Of a stretch of 64,000 bases of DNA, positions 10,283 through 20,145 are shown in pieces. The first letter of the stretch is position 1. Each line of letters opens with the position of its first letter. The stretch is from Brevinematales bacterium. Lineage in GTDB: Bacteria > Spirochaetota > Brevinematia > Brevinematales > JAOACQ01. Where the stretch lies: contig JBBFLL010000012.1 in NCBI GenBank assembly GCA_037479045.1, forward strand, positions 2,355-66,354. The letters run 5' to 3'. Both the position numbers and the translations under genes were made by a program. A model generated the notes under the pieces. The model made no database searches, had not been told where the DNA came from, and saw only the letters and a program-made list of their open reading frames with translations.

Positions 10283-10686
10283 TGGAAGAAATAGTAAAAA
10301 AGTGGATTACTAAAGCAGAAAACGATCTTAATAGTGCTAAAAATTTAATTGAAACAAAAAAACCAATCACTGATTCAATCTGTTTTCATTCTCAACAATG
10401 TGTGGAAAAATACTTAAAAGCATTTCTTACTTTCCATCATAAACCTTTCAGAAAAACTCATGACATTGCAGAGTTAATAGAAAATTGTAAAGAAATAGAC
10501 CCTGAGTTTGAAAACCTTTATGATATAAATATAGATAATCTGACAATATATGCCGTCGAACTTCGTTATCCAGATGACTTTTATATCCCTACTTTGCAAG
10601 AAGCCAAAGAGGCCCTTGAAATGGCAGAAAAAACAAGGGAATTTGTACTTGAAAAGCTTGCAAAGCTGGGATACTCAGAAAAGTAG
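10282..10686 (+). CDS. HEPN domain protein (partner of MNT)
   Basis: CFHSQQCVEKYLKA, KTHD, ELRYP; start overlaps the MNT stop. Confidence 0.9.
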   Translation: MEEIVKKWITKAENDLNSAKNLIETKKPITDSICFHSQQCVEKYLKAFLTFHHKPFRKTHDIAELIENCKEIDPEFENLYDINIDNLTIYAVELRYPDDFYIPTLQEAKEALEMAEKTREFVLEKLAKLGYSEK

Positions 10687-10754
10687 GAGAAAATCACTAT
10701 TTTTTTACTATTATTGAGATATTTTAACATAGGAGGAGGAGAGGAGATTTAAAT

Positions 10755-12395
10755 ATGTCTCTTTTATGGCCAGAAGATAAAAAAGAATTCATAAAAATAG
10801 ACGAATCAGTTTTTGATGATCTCGAACTTGAAAAAATCATAACTGAAATATCAAAAAACCATTATGAAAGAAACCTTGTAAGAGAATTTTTTACCCTTCT
10901 TCCTGTTGATGAGAGAGTTATTAAATACAGACAGGAGATTTTAGATGATCTTTCAAACTCAGAAAAGTTGACCTTTGAACTTGAAGATCTCCTTACTGAT
11001 TTTGAAACTATAACTACAAAAAATATTTACAGAAATGAAGATGCCTTTTACGAATTTGTAGATAATGTTTGTGAACTCGAAAGTTTTACAAAAGTTATAA
11101 AACGTCTCAAAAAGATATTTTCTGAAAACAAAATTAACTCTGAAGGACTTAAAAAATTAAAAAGCAAAATAGAAGAAATATCACTCTCAGAAGAATTCAA
11201 AAATCTTGAGTCTGAAATATTTAATATTGCAGATAAAATGAGAGGAGTAAAGAGTATAGCTATAGGAATAAATCTTGATAATAAAATGCGTCCGGCAGAG
11301 GCGGCCCTTATTGCTGTAAACAAGGAAAAATATATCGATCCATCTCAATTTTTCCTTGGGAAACTTTTTTCAAACAAAAGTGAAAAACCGCTTGTTTCTA
11401 TAGCCAAGCTTCATACACCGCCACTGAAGGAAGGATATGGAGGAGTTAAACTTGACCCTGACATTTATGGTTATGCAATAGAGCCAATCTTACTTCCGTT
11501 GTTTAATGATCTTCATAAGATTACTGAAAAAATATATAACAAATTAAGTAAAAGTTTAAAAAATTATAAGATTGACACTTCATTTTTAAAAAGTTTATAT
11601 TCCGAGCTTGTTATTTATTTGAGGATTGCAAGATTTATTAAGAAATATAGAGAAAGCGGACTTAATTTTACAAAACCAGAAATTATGGATAAAGGTAAGA
11701 AAATTATCGAAGTAAAAGATTCTTACAATATAAATCTTGCAATAAATATGTATTACAAGAAAAGCCTTGATGAACTTGTCTTCAATGACATTCAGATTAA
11801 TCAGGAGGAGGGAATAATAATATTAACAGGGCCCAATCAGGGAGGAAAAACAGTTTACACACAGAGTATTGGTATTGTTCAGATATTTTTTCAACTTGGG
11901 ATGTTTGTCCCCGGAAGTGAGGCAAGATTGAGCCCTGTTGATGGCATTTTTACACATTTTCAAAAAGAGGAAAATATTAACACAGGAACCGGTAGATTCG
12001 GCGATGAGGCTATCAGAATTAGAGAGATATTTGAAAGGGCCTCAGAAAATACTTTGATACTTATGAATGAGCCTTTTTCAAGCACAAATCCATCGGAGAG
12101 TATTTACTTACTGAAAGAAGTTTTAAAGGCTTTTGCAATGTTTGGAGCAAGAGTGGTGGTTGCCACTCATTTTCACGAGATTGCAGAAAACATTGAAGAT
12201 ATACGAGGCAAAACAATAGCTGTAAGCTATATTGCTACTGTTAAGAAAGAAAATGAAGATTTCCACAAAAGATTATATAAGGTTGTAAAATCAAAACCTG
12301 AAGGTAAAAGCTATGCAATCGAACTTGCAAAAAAGTATGGACTTGATTTTGAGGAACTGAAAAATATTATAAGTAAAAATAACAGAAAAGATTAA
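10755..12395 (+). CDS. MutS-family ATPase-domain protein lacking a mismatch-binding domain
   Basis: TGPNQGGKT, DGIFTHF, TGRF, LILMNEPFSST, ATHFHE. Confidence 0.85.
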   Translation: MSLLWPEDKKEFIKIDESVFDDLELEKIITEISKNHYERNLVREFFTLLPVDERVIKYRQEILDDLSNSEKLTFELEDLLTDFETITTKNIYRNEDAFYEFVDNVCELESFTKVIKRLKKIFSENKINSEGLKKLKSKIEEISLSEEFKNLESEIFNIADKMRGVKSIAIGINLDNKMRPAEAALIAVNKEKYIDPSQFFLGKLFSNKSEKPLVSIAKLHTPPLKEGYGGVKLDPDIYGYAIEPILLPLFNDLHKITEKIYNKLSKSLKNYKIDTSFLKSLYSELVIYLRIARFIKKYRESGLNFTKPEIMDKGKKIIEVKDSYNINLAINMYYKKSLDELVFNDIQINQEEGIIILTGPNQGGKTVYTQSIGIVQIFFQLGMFVPGSEARLSPVDGIFTHFQKEENINTGTGRFGDEAIRIREIFERASENTLILMNEPFSSTNPSESIYLLKEVLKAFAMFGARVVVATHFHEIAENIEDIRGKTIAVSYIATVKKENEDFHKRLYKVVKSKPEGKSYAIELAKKYGLDFEELKNIISKNNRKD

Positions 12396-12452
12396 AAATT
12401 ATTGAAAACAATACAATTTTTTATTTTGATAATTGAAAGAAGAGGTGGCAAA

Positions 12453-12899
12453 ATGAAATACTTTGCATACGGTTCAAATATGGATCCTGAAAGAATGAAG
12501 GAAAGAAATGTTAATTTTACTTTGCGAACACTTGCAGTTTTAGAAGGATGGGAAATAACCTTTAATAAGACATCCTCAAGAAATCCTAAAGAAGGATATG
12601 CAAATATCACAAGGAAAGAAGGTAAAACTGTTGAAGGTGTTTTATACGAAATAAATGAGTCAGATTTAAAAATACTTGACAAATATGAAGGCTATCCAGA
12701 TCATTACGAAAGAAAAACAGTTAAAGTAAAGTTGAAAAATGGAGAATTAATAGAAGCTTACACTTATATAGCTAATCCCAAAAAAGTTAAAAAAGGACTA
12801 AAACCAAGCAGGGAATATCTTGAACATCTTTTAAAAGGACATGATTTGTTAAGTGAAAAATATTGCAAAAATCTTGAAGAAGTAGAAACTATTGACTGA
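12453..12899 (+). CDS. Gamma-glutamylcyclotransferase (AIG2-like)
   Basis: MKYFAYGSNM, VEGVLY, LDKYEG; start corrected to ATG 12453 after GAGG. Confidence 0.9.
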   Translation: MKYFAYGSNMDPERMKERNVNFTLRTLAVLEGWEITFNKTSSRNPKEGYANITRKEGKTVEGVLYEINESDLKILDKYEGYPDHYERKTVKVKLKNGELIEAYTYIANPKKVKKGLKPSREYLEHLLKGHDLLSEKYCKNLEEVETID

Positions 12900-13089
12900 T
12901 AACTAAGTATTGAAAAATAATCTTTCCATTTCAAATTTTATATAATTTGGCTTTAACAGAAACTCAATTTTGCTGGAATAGTAAAAACTTTTGAAATATA
13001 AGATGAACATTCAAGATTTGTATATTTTATGAAATCATTCACTTATTGAACTCAAACCATGCCAAAATATAACTCCCCTCTCTTTTTTT

Positions 13090-13118
13090 TTGACAAAACT
13101 CGCCCAACCTGTTAAAAT
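13090..13118 (+). promoter_or_regulatory. Sigma70 promoter of the riboswitch/metE transcript
   Basis: TTGACA-17 bp-TAAAAT immediately before the riboswitch. Confidence 0.7.
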
Positions 13119-13123
13119 AATTC

Positions 13124-13275
13124 TATCGGGTGGAAGGAATTCCTTAATAAGGAAGCACGGTGAAAATCCGTCACAGCCCCCGCTACTGTGAGGCAGACGA
13201 AAGCCCAAAAAGCCACTGGGAAACCGGGAAGGCGGGTGAGTAGGATGAAGCCAAGTCAGGAGACTTGCCCGAAAT
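13124..13275 (+). ncRNA. Cobalamin (B12) riboswitch
   Basis: GGAAGCACGGTGAAAATCCGT, GCCCCCGCTACTGT, GCCACTGGGAAACCGGGAAGGC, B12 box AAGTCAGGAGACTTGCC; upstream of metE. Confidence 0.95.
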
Positions 13276-13570
13276 AATCGAACGGAGGGTTCATTATGTC
13301 ACGTCGAAAATATTAGCTTTTCTCTTGATTCAAGCAAGTGTTCTATCCATATTTATTTTTTTATGAAAGAAATATTTTTTAAAATCAGTAGTTTTAGGTT
13401 TATATGAATTTTAAGAAAAATTTTTCTTTCTAAATAGGAAAATAGGTTGAGTGCTTAATTTTTTGTGGATTTTTATATCCTGTCGGTAGGCTACTTTAAG
13501 AAAAAGGAAAATTTTCAGTAATTACCTACCCGGCTGGGGTATGTGGCTGTCGATGAGATTGTTTCGCCTT

Positions 13571-14000
13571 TTTGCAAAGGCTCGCAATGACATATAGTAA
13601 AAAGCAGACTATCAATGAATTGAAAAGAATTGTAAAAAATGGACTTTTGCAATCTAAGAGGCGAAGGAATTGCCGTCTGCAAGCATTGTTGCTGTTACTA
13701 TTGAGGAGATTAAATTTCCGCCCATAGCGGAGCAAATCGTAGCAATGCCTGCGAAGGCGAGGTATAAGAGCGGTGTTGTTTGAACCCTCACCTTGTAAGT
13801 ATAAACAAGGATTTTAGATAAAAATTACAAAATAAAATGAAGTATTAAAAAGCTTTCAAGGTGAGGGTGAGTTCCCCGCTCCCGAAGCCTGAGCAGTAGC
13901 ATTGCAAGATTTGCGAAGCGTGGGCGGCGGGTTTTCTTTCGGTTACCTTTCTTTTGCCCGAACAAAAGAAAGGTAACAAAGGGTTTTTAACAACTTTTTA
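13571..14000 (+). ncRNA. Structured non-coding repeat element, copy 2
   Basis: Homologous to 8513-8957 with compensatory stem changes; rod 13718-13927, hairpin 13942-13977. Confidence 0.7.
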
Positions 14001-14035
14001 TAAAAAAGTCGAATTTTATATCTTCAGGAGGCATT

Positions 14036-16297
14036 ATGAAAACAACAATTATTGGTTTTCCAAGAATTGGAATTAAAAGAGAGCTTAAATTCTCGATTGA
14101 AAAATTTCTGAAAGGCGATTTGAGAGAATCAGAGCTTCAAAATTTTGTCGAAAACCACATCAACTCTCAGTTTGAAATTTTAAAATCAAACAGGCTTGAT
14201 TTCATTCCAGTCAATGATTTTTCTCTTTACGACAATATGCTTGATATGGCTTTTCTTCTTGGTGCAATTGAAAAAGAATATCTTGATAACAATCTTTCAA
14301 CACTTCAGAAATACTTTGCTGTTGCAAAAGGTTTTCAAAATGAACACTATGACCTTAAGGCTTATGAAATGAAAAAATGGTTTGATACAAACTATCACTA
14401 CATTGTCCCAAAACTCTCAAAAAATCTTGATTACAAAGTAAATTTTGAATTTCTTGATGAAAAAATAAAAATTGCAAAGAATTCCCTTTCAACTTTCAGG
14501 CTTGAATTGATTGGACCTTTTACATTTCTCAAACTTTCAAAGGCAAAAGAAGGAACAACCTTTCAATTTCTTGAAAAAATTACAACCAATTATTTAAAAA
14601 TAATTGAACACTTGAAAGAAAAAAATATTGAATACATTTCCTTTGAAGAACCATCGCTTTGCACAGAATTAACTAAGGCAGATGTCGAAATATTTTCAGA
14701 AATATACAGATCTCTCCTCAAAGAAAAAGGTAATATGAAAGTAATTTTGCAGACATATTTTGGAGATGTAAGGGAAACCTACAAAGAACTCATAAATCTT
14801 GACTTTGATGTTATTGGTCTGGATTTCGTGGCTGGGGAGAAAAACTTTTCTTTAATTGAAAAATACGGTTTTGATAATAATAAAATTCTCTCGGCTGGAA
14901 TAATAAATGGTAGAAATATATGGAAAGCAAATTATAACGTTGTGTTTGACAAAATAAACGCAATTCTTGAAAAGGTCGATTTCAATAAACTATGGCTTTC
15001 AAGCTCCTGCTCACTCCTTCACGTCCCTTATACAACACAAAATGAAACAAAATTTCCAGTTGAAATAAAAGAAAGGCTTTCTTTTGCAATTGAAAAATTG
15101 TCTGAACTCAATGATATAAAAACATTGATTGAACTAACAAACCCGACTGAAAATGACATTTTTAAGAAGAATCAAGAAATTTTCTCAAAGGAAAAAAGTT
15201 ATATAATTCCAGAACTTAAGGACAAAATAAACTCGCTTAAAGACAGTGATTTCAAGAGAAGTTTACCTCGCAAAGAAAGGATTGATCTCCAGAGAAAAAA
15301 TTTAAAACTGCCCATGCTTCCGACAACAACAATAGGATCATTCCCTCAAACTGAAGATTTGAGAAGAGAAAGAAAATTATTCAAAGATGGACAAATAAGT
15401 CTCAATGAATATGAAAACTTCATAAGAGAAAAAATAAAAGAAACCATAAAAAAACAGGAAGAAATTGGAATTGACGTGCTGGTTCATGGTGAATATGAAA
15501 GAAATGATATGGTCGAATACTTTGCAGAATTTCTCACCGGCATTATTACAACAGAAAACGGCTGGGTCCAGTCTTATGGCACAAGAGCAACAAAACCACC
15601 AATAATCTTTGGTGATATTAAGAAAAAAGAATCAATGACAGTTAAGTGGATAAGTTATGCACAATCACTCACAGATAAACCGGTAAAAGCTATACTTACA
15701 GGTCCTGCAACAATAATTAATTGGTCATTCTCAAGAGAAGATATCCCGCTAAAAGAAGTAGCTTTCCAGATAGCTTTAGCTTTAAGGGAAGAAATTAAAG
15801 AATTAATGGAGAAAAACATTAAAATCATTCAGGTTGATGAGGCTGCTTTCAGAGAAAAATTCCCCCTTCGCAAATCAGAGCTTAAAAACTATCTTGACTG
15901 GGTTATCTCTGCTTTCAAATTGGCTACTTCTCACATTAAACCAGAAGTTCAGTTGCACACACATATGTGCTACAGTGAATTCAGTGATACTATAAACTTT
16001 ATTGAAGAAATGGATGCCGACGTCCTTACAATAGAAGCGGCAAAGTCAGACCTTGCTATCCTTGAGGCAGTAAGAAATTACTCAAAATCAAGAGAGATAG
16101 GTCCCGGTGTTTACGATATTCATTCCCCACGAATTCCGAAGGAAGAAGAGTTGAAAGTTATAATAAAAGAAATGCTACAATATATACCGAAAGAAAATTT
16201 ATGGATAAATCCAGACTGTGGACTTAAAACAAGGAAACCAGAAGAGGTCTGGCCATCACTCAAGAATATGGTTGAAGCTGCAAAGAGTTTGAGATAA
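14036..16297 (+). CDS. metE: Cobalamin-independent methionine synthase
   Basis: GFPRIG, MKKWFDTNYHY, PTTTIGSFPQT, HTHMCYSE, NPDCGLKTR. Confidence 0.98.
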   Translation: MKTTIIGFPRIGIKRELKFSIEKFLKGDLRESELQNFVENHINSQFEILKSNRLDFIPVNDFSLYDNMLDMAFLLGAIEKEYLDNNLSTLQKYFAVAKGFQNEHYDLKAYEMKKWFDTNYHYIVPKLSKNLDYKVNFEFLDEKIKIAKNSLSTFRLELIGPFTFLKLSKAKEGTTFQFLEKITTNYLKIIEHLKEKNIEYISFEEPSLCTELTKADVEIFSEIYRSLLKEKGNMKVILQTYFGDVRETYKELINLDFDVIGLDFVAGEKNFSLIEKYGFDNNKILSAGIINGRNIWKANYNVVFDKINAILEKVDFNKLWLSSSCSLLHVPYTTQNETKFPVEIKERLSFAIEKLSELNDIKTLIELTNPTENDIFKKNQEIFSKEKSYIIPELKDKINSLKDSDFKRSLPRKERIDLQRKNLKLPMLPTTTIGSFPQTEDLRRERKLFKDGQISLNEYENFIREKIKETIKKQEEIGIDVLVHGEYERNDMVEYFAEFLTGIITTENGWVQSYGTRATKPPIIFGDIKKKESMTVKWISYAQSLTDKPVKAILTGPATIINWSFSREDIPLKEVAFQIALALREEIKELMEKNIKIIQVDEAAFREKFPLRKSELKNYLDWVISAFKLATSHIKPEVQLHTHMCYSEFSDTINFIEEMDADVLTIEAAKSDLAILEAVRNYSKSREIGPGVYDIHSPRIPKEEELKVIIKEMLQYIPKENLWINPDCGLKTRKPEEVWPSLKNMVEAAKSLR

Positions 16298-16325
16298 AAA
16301 AGCCGCCTTTAAGGGCGGCTTTTTT
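16296..16325. terminator. Bidirectional intrinsic terminator between metE and parB
   Basis: AAAAAAGCCGCC-TTTAAG-GGCGGCTTTTTT. Confidence 0.9.
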
Positions 16326-17190
16326 ACATTTGAGAAATTTTCTTCAATTGATTGAAAATTTTTTCAAATTCTTCTGTTGAAAAATAATGTATTTCTATCT
16401 TTCCCTTTTTATTATTACCTTTTATTTCAACTTTAGCGCCAACACTTCTTATCAACTCTTCTTCAAAACTTTTAAATATATAATTTGTATCATTAGATAA
16501 TGTTTCACGTGAAACATTATCTTTTTTTATGGAAAAATCTTTTACTGCTTTTTCAGTTTCTCTTACAGAGAGGGAATTTTCAATTATATAATCTGTGAAA
16601 GCAATCATTTTATCAATATCCTCAAGGCTTAATATAACTCTTGCGTGTCCTTCTGAAATTTCTCCATTCACAATCTTTTCTCTGACATATTCTGGCAACT
16701 TTAATAATCTTAAGGTATTTGTTATTGTTGCTCTGTTTTTACCGATTTTTTGAGCCAATTCATCTTGAGTAATTGAAAGTTTTTCCAAAATTTCCTTGTA
16801 TGCCAAGGCCTCTTCAATCGGATTTAAATTTTCTCTCTGGATATTTTCTATAAGAGCTATTTCAAGTCTTTCGGCTTCACTGCAGTCTCTTAAAATTACT
16901 GGCACTTCAGTTAAACCAGCAATTTTCGCCGCTCTCCATCGTCTTTCACCAGCAATTAATTCGTAAGTTCCATCTCCAAGCTCACTTACAATTATTGGCT
17001 GGATAATGCCATTAGATTTGATTGACTCGGCAAGCTCTTTTAAGGCTTCTTCATCAAAATTTTTTCTTGGTTGATATCTATTAGGGATTATTTTTTCAAT
17101 TGATACGGTTAATGTTTTCTTATTTTCTATTTCATCAGCTATATTTTCATCCATCAAAGCCAGCATTCCCTTTCCTAATGCCTGTTTCAT
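16324..17190 (-). CDS. parB: Chromosome partitioning protein ParB
   Basis: ALGKG, NRYQPRKNF, IAGERRWRA, ENIQRENL, HTH. Confidence 0.97.
   Translation of the reverse strand: MKQALGKGMLALMDENIADEIENKKTLTVSIEKIIPNRYQPRKNFDEEALKELAESIKSNGIIQPIIVSELGDGTYELIAGERRWRAAKIAGLTEVPVILRDCSEAERLEIALIENIQRENLNPIEEALAYKEILEKLSITQDELAQKIGKNRATITNTLRLLKLPEYVREKIVNGEISEGHARVILSLEDIDKMIAFTDYIIENSLSVRETEKAVKDFSIKKDNVSRETLSNDTNYIFKSFEEELIRSVGAKVEIKGNNKKGKIEIHYFSTEEFEKIFNQLKKISQM
16501..16516. promoter_or_regulatory. parS site
   Basis: Perfect consensus TGTTTCACGTGAAACA within parB; palindrome extends over 16497-16520. Confidence 0.92.
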
Positions 17191-17963
17191 TTTAAGCCTC
17201 CATTTTTCTCAAGAAATTCTCTGCCAAATTTTTCGTAAGCCTCTGCTCCCGGACTTCTCGAATCATATTCAAAAATATCTACACCGTGGCTTGGAGCCTC
17301 TGACAACCTGACATTTCTTGGTATATAAGTATCATACAATTTTTCTTTGAAGTAGGATTTTACTTCTTCTACAACCTGTTTTGAAAGGTTTGTTCTGGTG
17401 TCATACATTGTAATCAAAACCCCTTCTATGCTTAATTCTTTATTTGGGGAACTTTTTATCAATTTTATAGCTTTTAATAATTGGGCAAGTCCTTCCATCG
17501 CATAAAATTCAGCCTGCATAGGTATTAAAACTGAATCAGCAGCAACAAGTCCATTTATTGTAAACAAGCCAAGAGAAGGTGGTGTGTCTATTATTATAAA
17601 ATCAAACTGATTTTTTATAGTTGAAATAGCTTCTTTTAAGATAAATTCTTTTTTCGGGAAATTAAGAAGCTCAGCCTGTGCACCAGCAAGATCAAGATTT
17701 GATGGAACAAGGTAAAAATTTTCATATTTTGTTTTTATAATAACATCTTGAATTGTTTTTTTGCCTATCAAAACTTCATAAATACTCGATTCGGTTCTTG
17801 TCTTTAAATCTACTCCGAGACCGCTACAAGAATTCCCTTGAGGGTCAATATCAATGAGTAAAGTTTTTTTATTATTTCTTGCAAGAAAGCCACAAAGATT
17901 TACAGCCGTTGTTGTTTTACCTACGCCACCTTTCTGATTTGCAATTACGACAGTTTTTCCCAT
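17187..17963 (-). CDS. parA: ParA/Soj ATPase
   Basis: NQKGGVGKTT, DIDPQGN, IDTPPSLG, PRNVRLSEAPSHG; start set at MGKT after GGAGG. Confidence 0.96.
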   Translation of the reverse strand: MGKTVVIANQKGGVGKTTTAVNLCGFLARNNKKTLLIDIDPQGNSCSGLGVDLKTRTESSIYEVLIGKKTIQDVIIKTKYENFYLVPSNLDLAGAQAELLNFPKKEFILKEAISTIKNQFDFIIIDTPPSLGLFTINGLVAADSVLIPMQAEFYAMEGLAQLLKAIKLIKSSPNKELSIEGVLITMYDTRTNLSKQVVEEVKSYFKEKLYDTYIPRNVRLSEAPSHGVDIFEYDSRSPGAEAYEKFGREFLEKNGGLK

Positions 17964-18128
17964 TTTCTCCTCCATTTTAATTTGTGTTTTATTATAAAAT
18001 AAAAATTAATTAAGAGCAAAAATTTATTGTCTTATTAAGATTTTATTCTGCAAAATTTCAATCTTATAAAATTAAAAAAAATTGAGATTTTTATTTTATT
18101 GAAATATAATAAATTAAGAAGTGATTGT

Positions 18129-18878
18129 ATGAAAAAATTGTTTTTTTATTTGTTGAGTTTATTTTTCTTTAATTCAATTGTTTTCTCTTGGGGTAATTAT
18201 CCTAATTCCGCTATTGGAATTAAAGCTGGGTATTGTTCTTATAGTTTAAGCCTTTACGGGAAAAAAGATTATTTTTTTGATATTATTACCGTGAATTTGA
18301 ATGCAAATATGAATTCAGAAAAGTGGTATGTGGGAGGTTTTCTGTATTTAAAATATTTAATTATAGATTTTAGTTATAGTAGATTTTACAAAATGGGATT
18401 ATCTTATAAAATATCAACACCTCTTTCTGAGATCAATTCAAGTTTCTCCTCTCCTGGATTTAGCGGATATGATCTTAATTGTTCTTTGAAACTCGTTTTG
18501 CCTGTAGATCCAATTAAAATTGGAATAGGTATAACAGGAACATTAATCAAATTGGATAGTTTTACTCTGGTTTGCAATAATCAGACCAACAAGTATGACT
18601 ATATTGTGTATGATAATATTACTAATAAACAAGTGCAAGATTATATTTCTCAAAATTATTTATATGACTTGTTTTTTAATGTTTACTTTGCATATTATTT
18701 ACCAATAAATAAAGTTTGGGGGCTTGTTATTGATGTTAATATGGATGTAGATTATGCAATCTCTTCTTTGATTGAAAAAGAACTTGAAAAAACTGAAGCA
18801 AAAGAAATTTTTGACAAAATGAGTGCTGGATTTTTTAAGTTTGAAGTTGGCTTGGGATTGTATTTCAGGATAAATTAA
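18129..18878 (+). CDS. Hypothetical exported protein, possible outer-membrane beta-barrel
   Basis: Signal peptide MKKLFF; alternating aromatic strands; C-terminal EVGLGLYF. Confidence 0.5.
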   Translation: MKKLFFYLLSLFFFNSIVFSWGNYPNSAIGIKAGYCSYSLSLYGKKDYFFDIITVNLNANMNSEKWYVGGFLYLKYLIIDFSYSRFYKMGLSYKISTPLSEINSSFSSPGFSGYDLNCSLKLVLPVDPIKIGIGITGTLIKLDSFTLVCNNQTNKYDYIVYDNITNKQVQDYISQNYLYDLFFNVYFAYYLPINKVWGLVIDVNMDVDYAISSLIEKELEKTEAKEIFDKMSAGFFKFEVGLGLYFRIN

Positions 18879-19972
18879 TATCTTACATTAAATTCAACAC
18901 TATAAAACAAACTATCAAAACCTATCATTCCAACTCCTGTTAAGTCCTTCCTTAAATAGCGAATATTAAATAAAAGATTTACATTCTGGTACAAATTTCT
19001 CTGGTAAGAAAACATAACCAACATAGCCTCATTCATAAGGTTGTCAAGATATGAAAGATAAAAGCTGTCTATAATTGTAGGGGTAAAGACAAGTTGTGCC
19101 ATAAGATAATGTTTTGAAATAAAAGGATAAACAGGGGAGTTTATAAGTTCAAAAAGAGTTAAGTCGTTGGTTTCAAATGAATGATAATAGTATTCCATAC
19201 GGATAATAAACTTATCAAGAAAGGAGTAATCCATTCCAACCATTGCATTCCAGAAAGTGTTGGTTTCATTTTTGCAGTGGTAAACAAATTCTCCATACAA
19301 ACCTACGAACAGGTCTCCTTTGAAAGATAAACCACCCGAGATGTAATCGTACTTTCCCCTGTAAAAGCTGGCAAAGGAAATGTCCCAGCCATATAGATTA
19401 AAGCCAAGCCTGCCTGCCACATCAGAATTTGTAAAGTCAGATGTTGGCAAGGTCAGGACCTCAAGGTAGCCAAGATCAGAAAGTTGAAATTTTATTCTTA
19501 AACCGTCTACACCAAGTCTTGTAAAGTTTACATCTGTAAAATCGATAGAAGAAAAAGGGTTAAGTGGAGAAAAAACAAATCCCTCTCCAAATTTAATAAG
19601 TTGCCGTCCAATATAGAAGTCAAAAAAGTCAGCTTTAAGGACAAGATATAGCTTTCTTATGTCCATCGTAAGTATAGCTTCTTCGCCAATTTTAACCCCA
19701 TTTGACTGTGTAGAATAAAGACAGGCATAAAGTCCGTAAAGCACATTAAAATCAACACTTCCGTCAATTTTGGCGAGCCCAGTGTCGTTATTGACAAAAT
19801 TAAGCCTTAAAGTAGATTTACCAGCGTATGATGTGTTGCTTATGGCATCGTTTGAGATAATGTGAACAATTCCAGCCCCAGACTGAAAGTAGCCTGAAAG
19901 AGAAAGGCCGGGTTCTTCGGAATATAAAAAATTTGTAATAACAATAAAAGAAAATATTAAAACTTTCTTCAT
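18875..19972 (-). CDS. Putative outer-membrane beta-barrel protein associated with the ABC/LolA-like operon
   Basis: Signal peptide; IGRQLIKFGEG, LGVDG, C-terminal VEFNVRY. Confidence 0.7.
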   Translation of the reverse strand: MKKVLIFSFIVITNFLYSEEPGLSLSGYFQSGAGIVHIISNDAISNTSYAGKSTLRLNFVNNDTGLAKIDGSVDFNVLYGLYACLYSTQSNGVKIGEEAILTMDIRKLYLVLKADFFDFYIGRQLIKFGEGFVFSPLNPFSSIDFTDVNFTRLGVDGLRIKFQLSDLGYLEVLTLPTSDFTNSDVAGRLGFNLYGWDISFASFYRGKYDYISGGLSFKGDLFVGLYGEFVYHCKNETNTFWNAMVGMDYSFLDKFIIRMEYYYHSFETNDLTLFELINSPVYPFISKHYLMAQLVFTPTIIDSFYLSYLDNLMNEAMLVMFSYQRNLYQNVNLLFNIRYLRKDLTGVGMIGFDSLFYSVEFNVRY

Positions 19973-20145
19973 TTTTTCTCCATATTAAAAAATTCTGAAT
20001 TTTATATACTAAACCTTCTGCTTTCTTTATCCATTCTTCAATTTTTTTTATTTATATAAAGTCAAATGCGATAGAAATTATATTGTCTCTTAGTAAGAAA
20101 TAGTTCAACTTAGGTTTAATATATTTTTGTCAACAAAAATCAATT

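Noticed and set aside
13526-13735. 69-aa minus-strand ORF between the riboswitch and metE
   Set aside because: It is a translation of the non-coding repeat (VIASLCKKAKQS comes from the GTCATTGCGAG palindrome); no convincing RBS.
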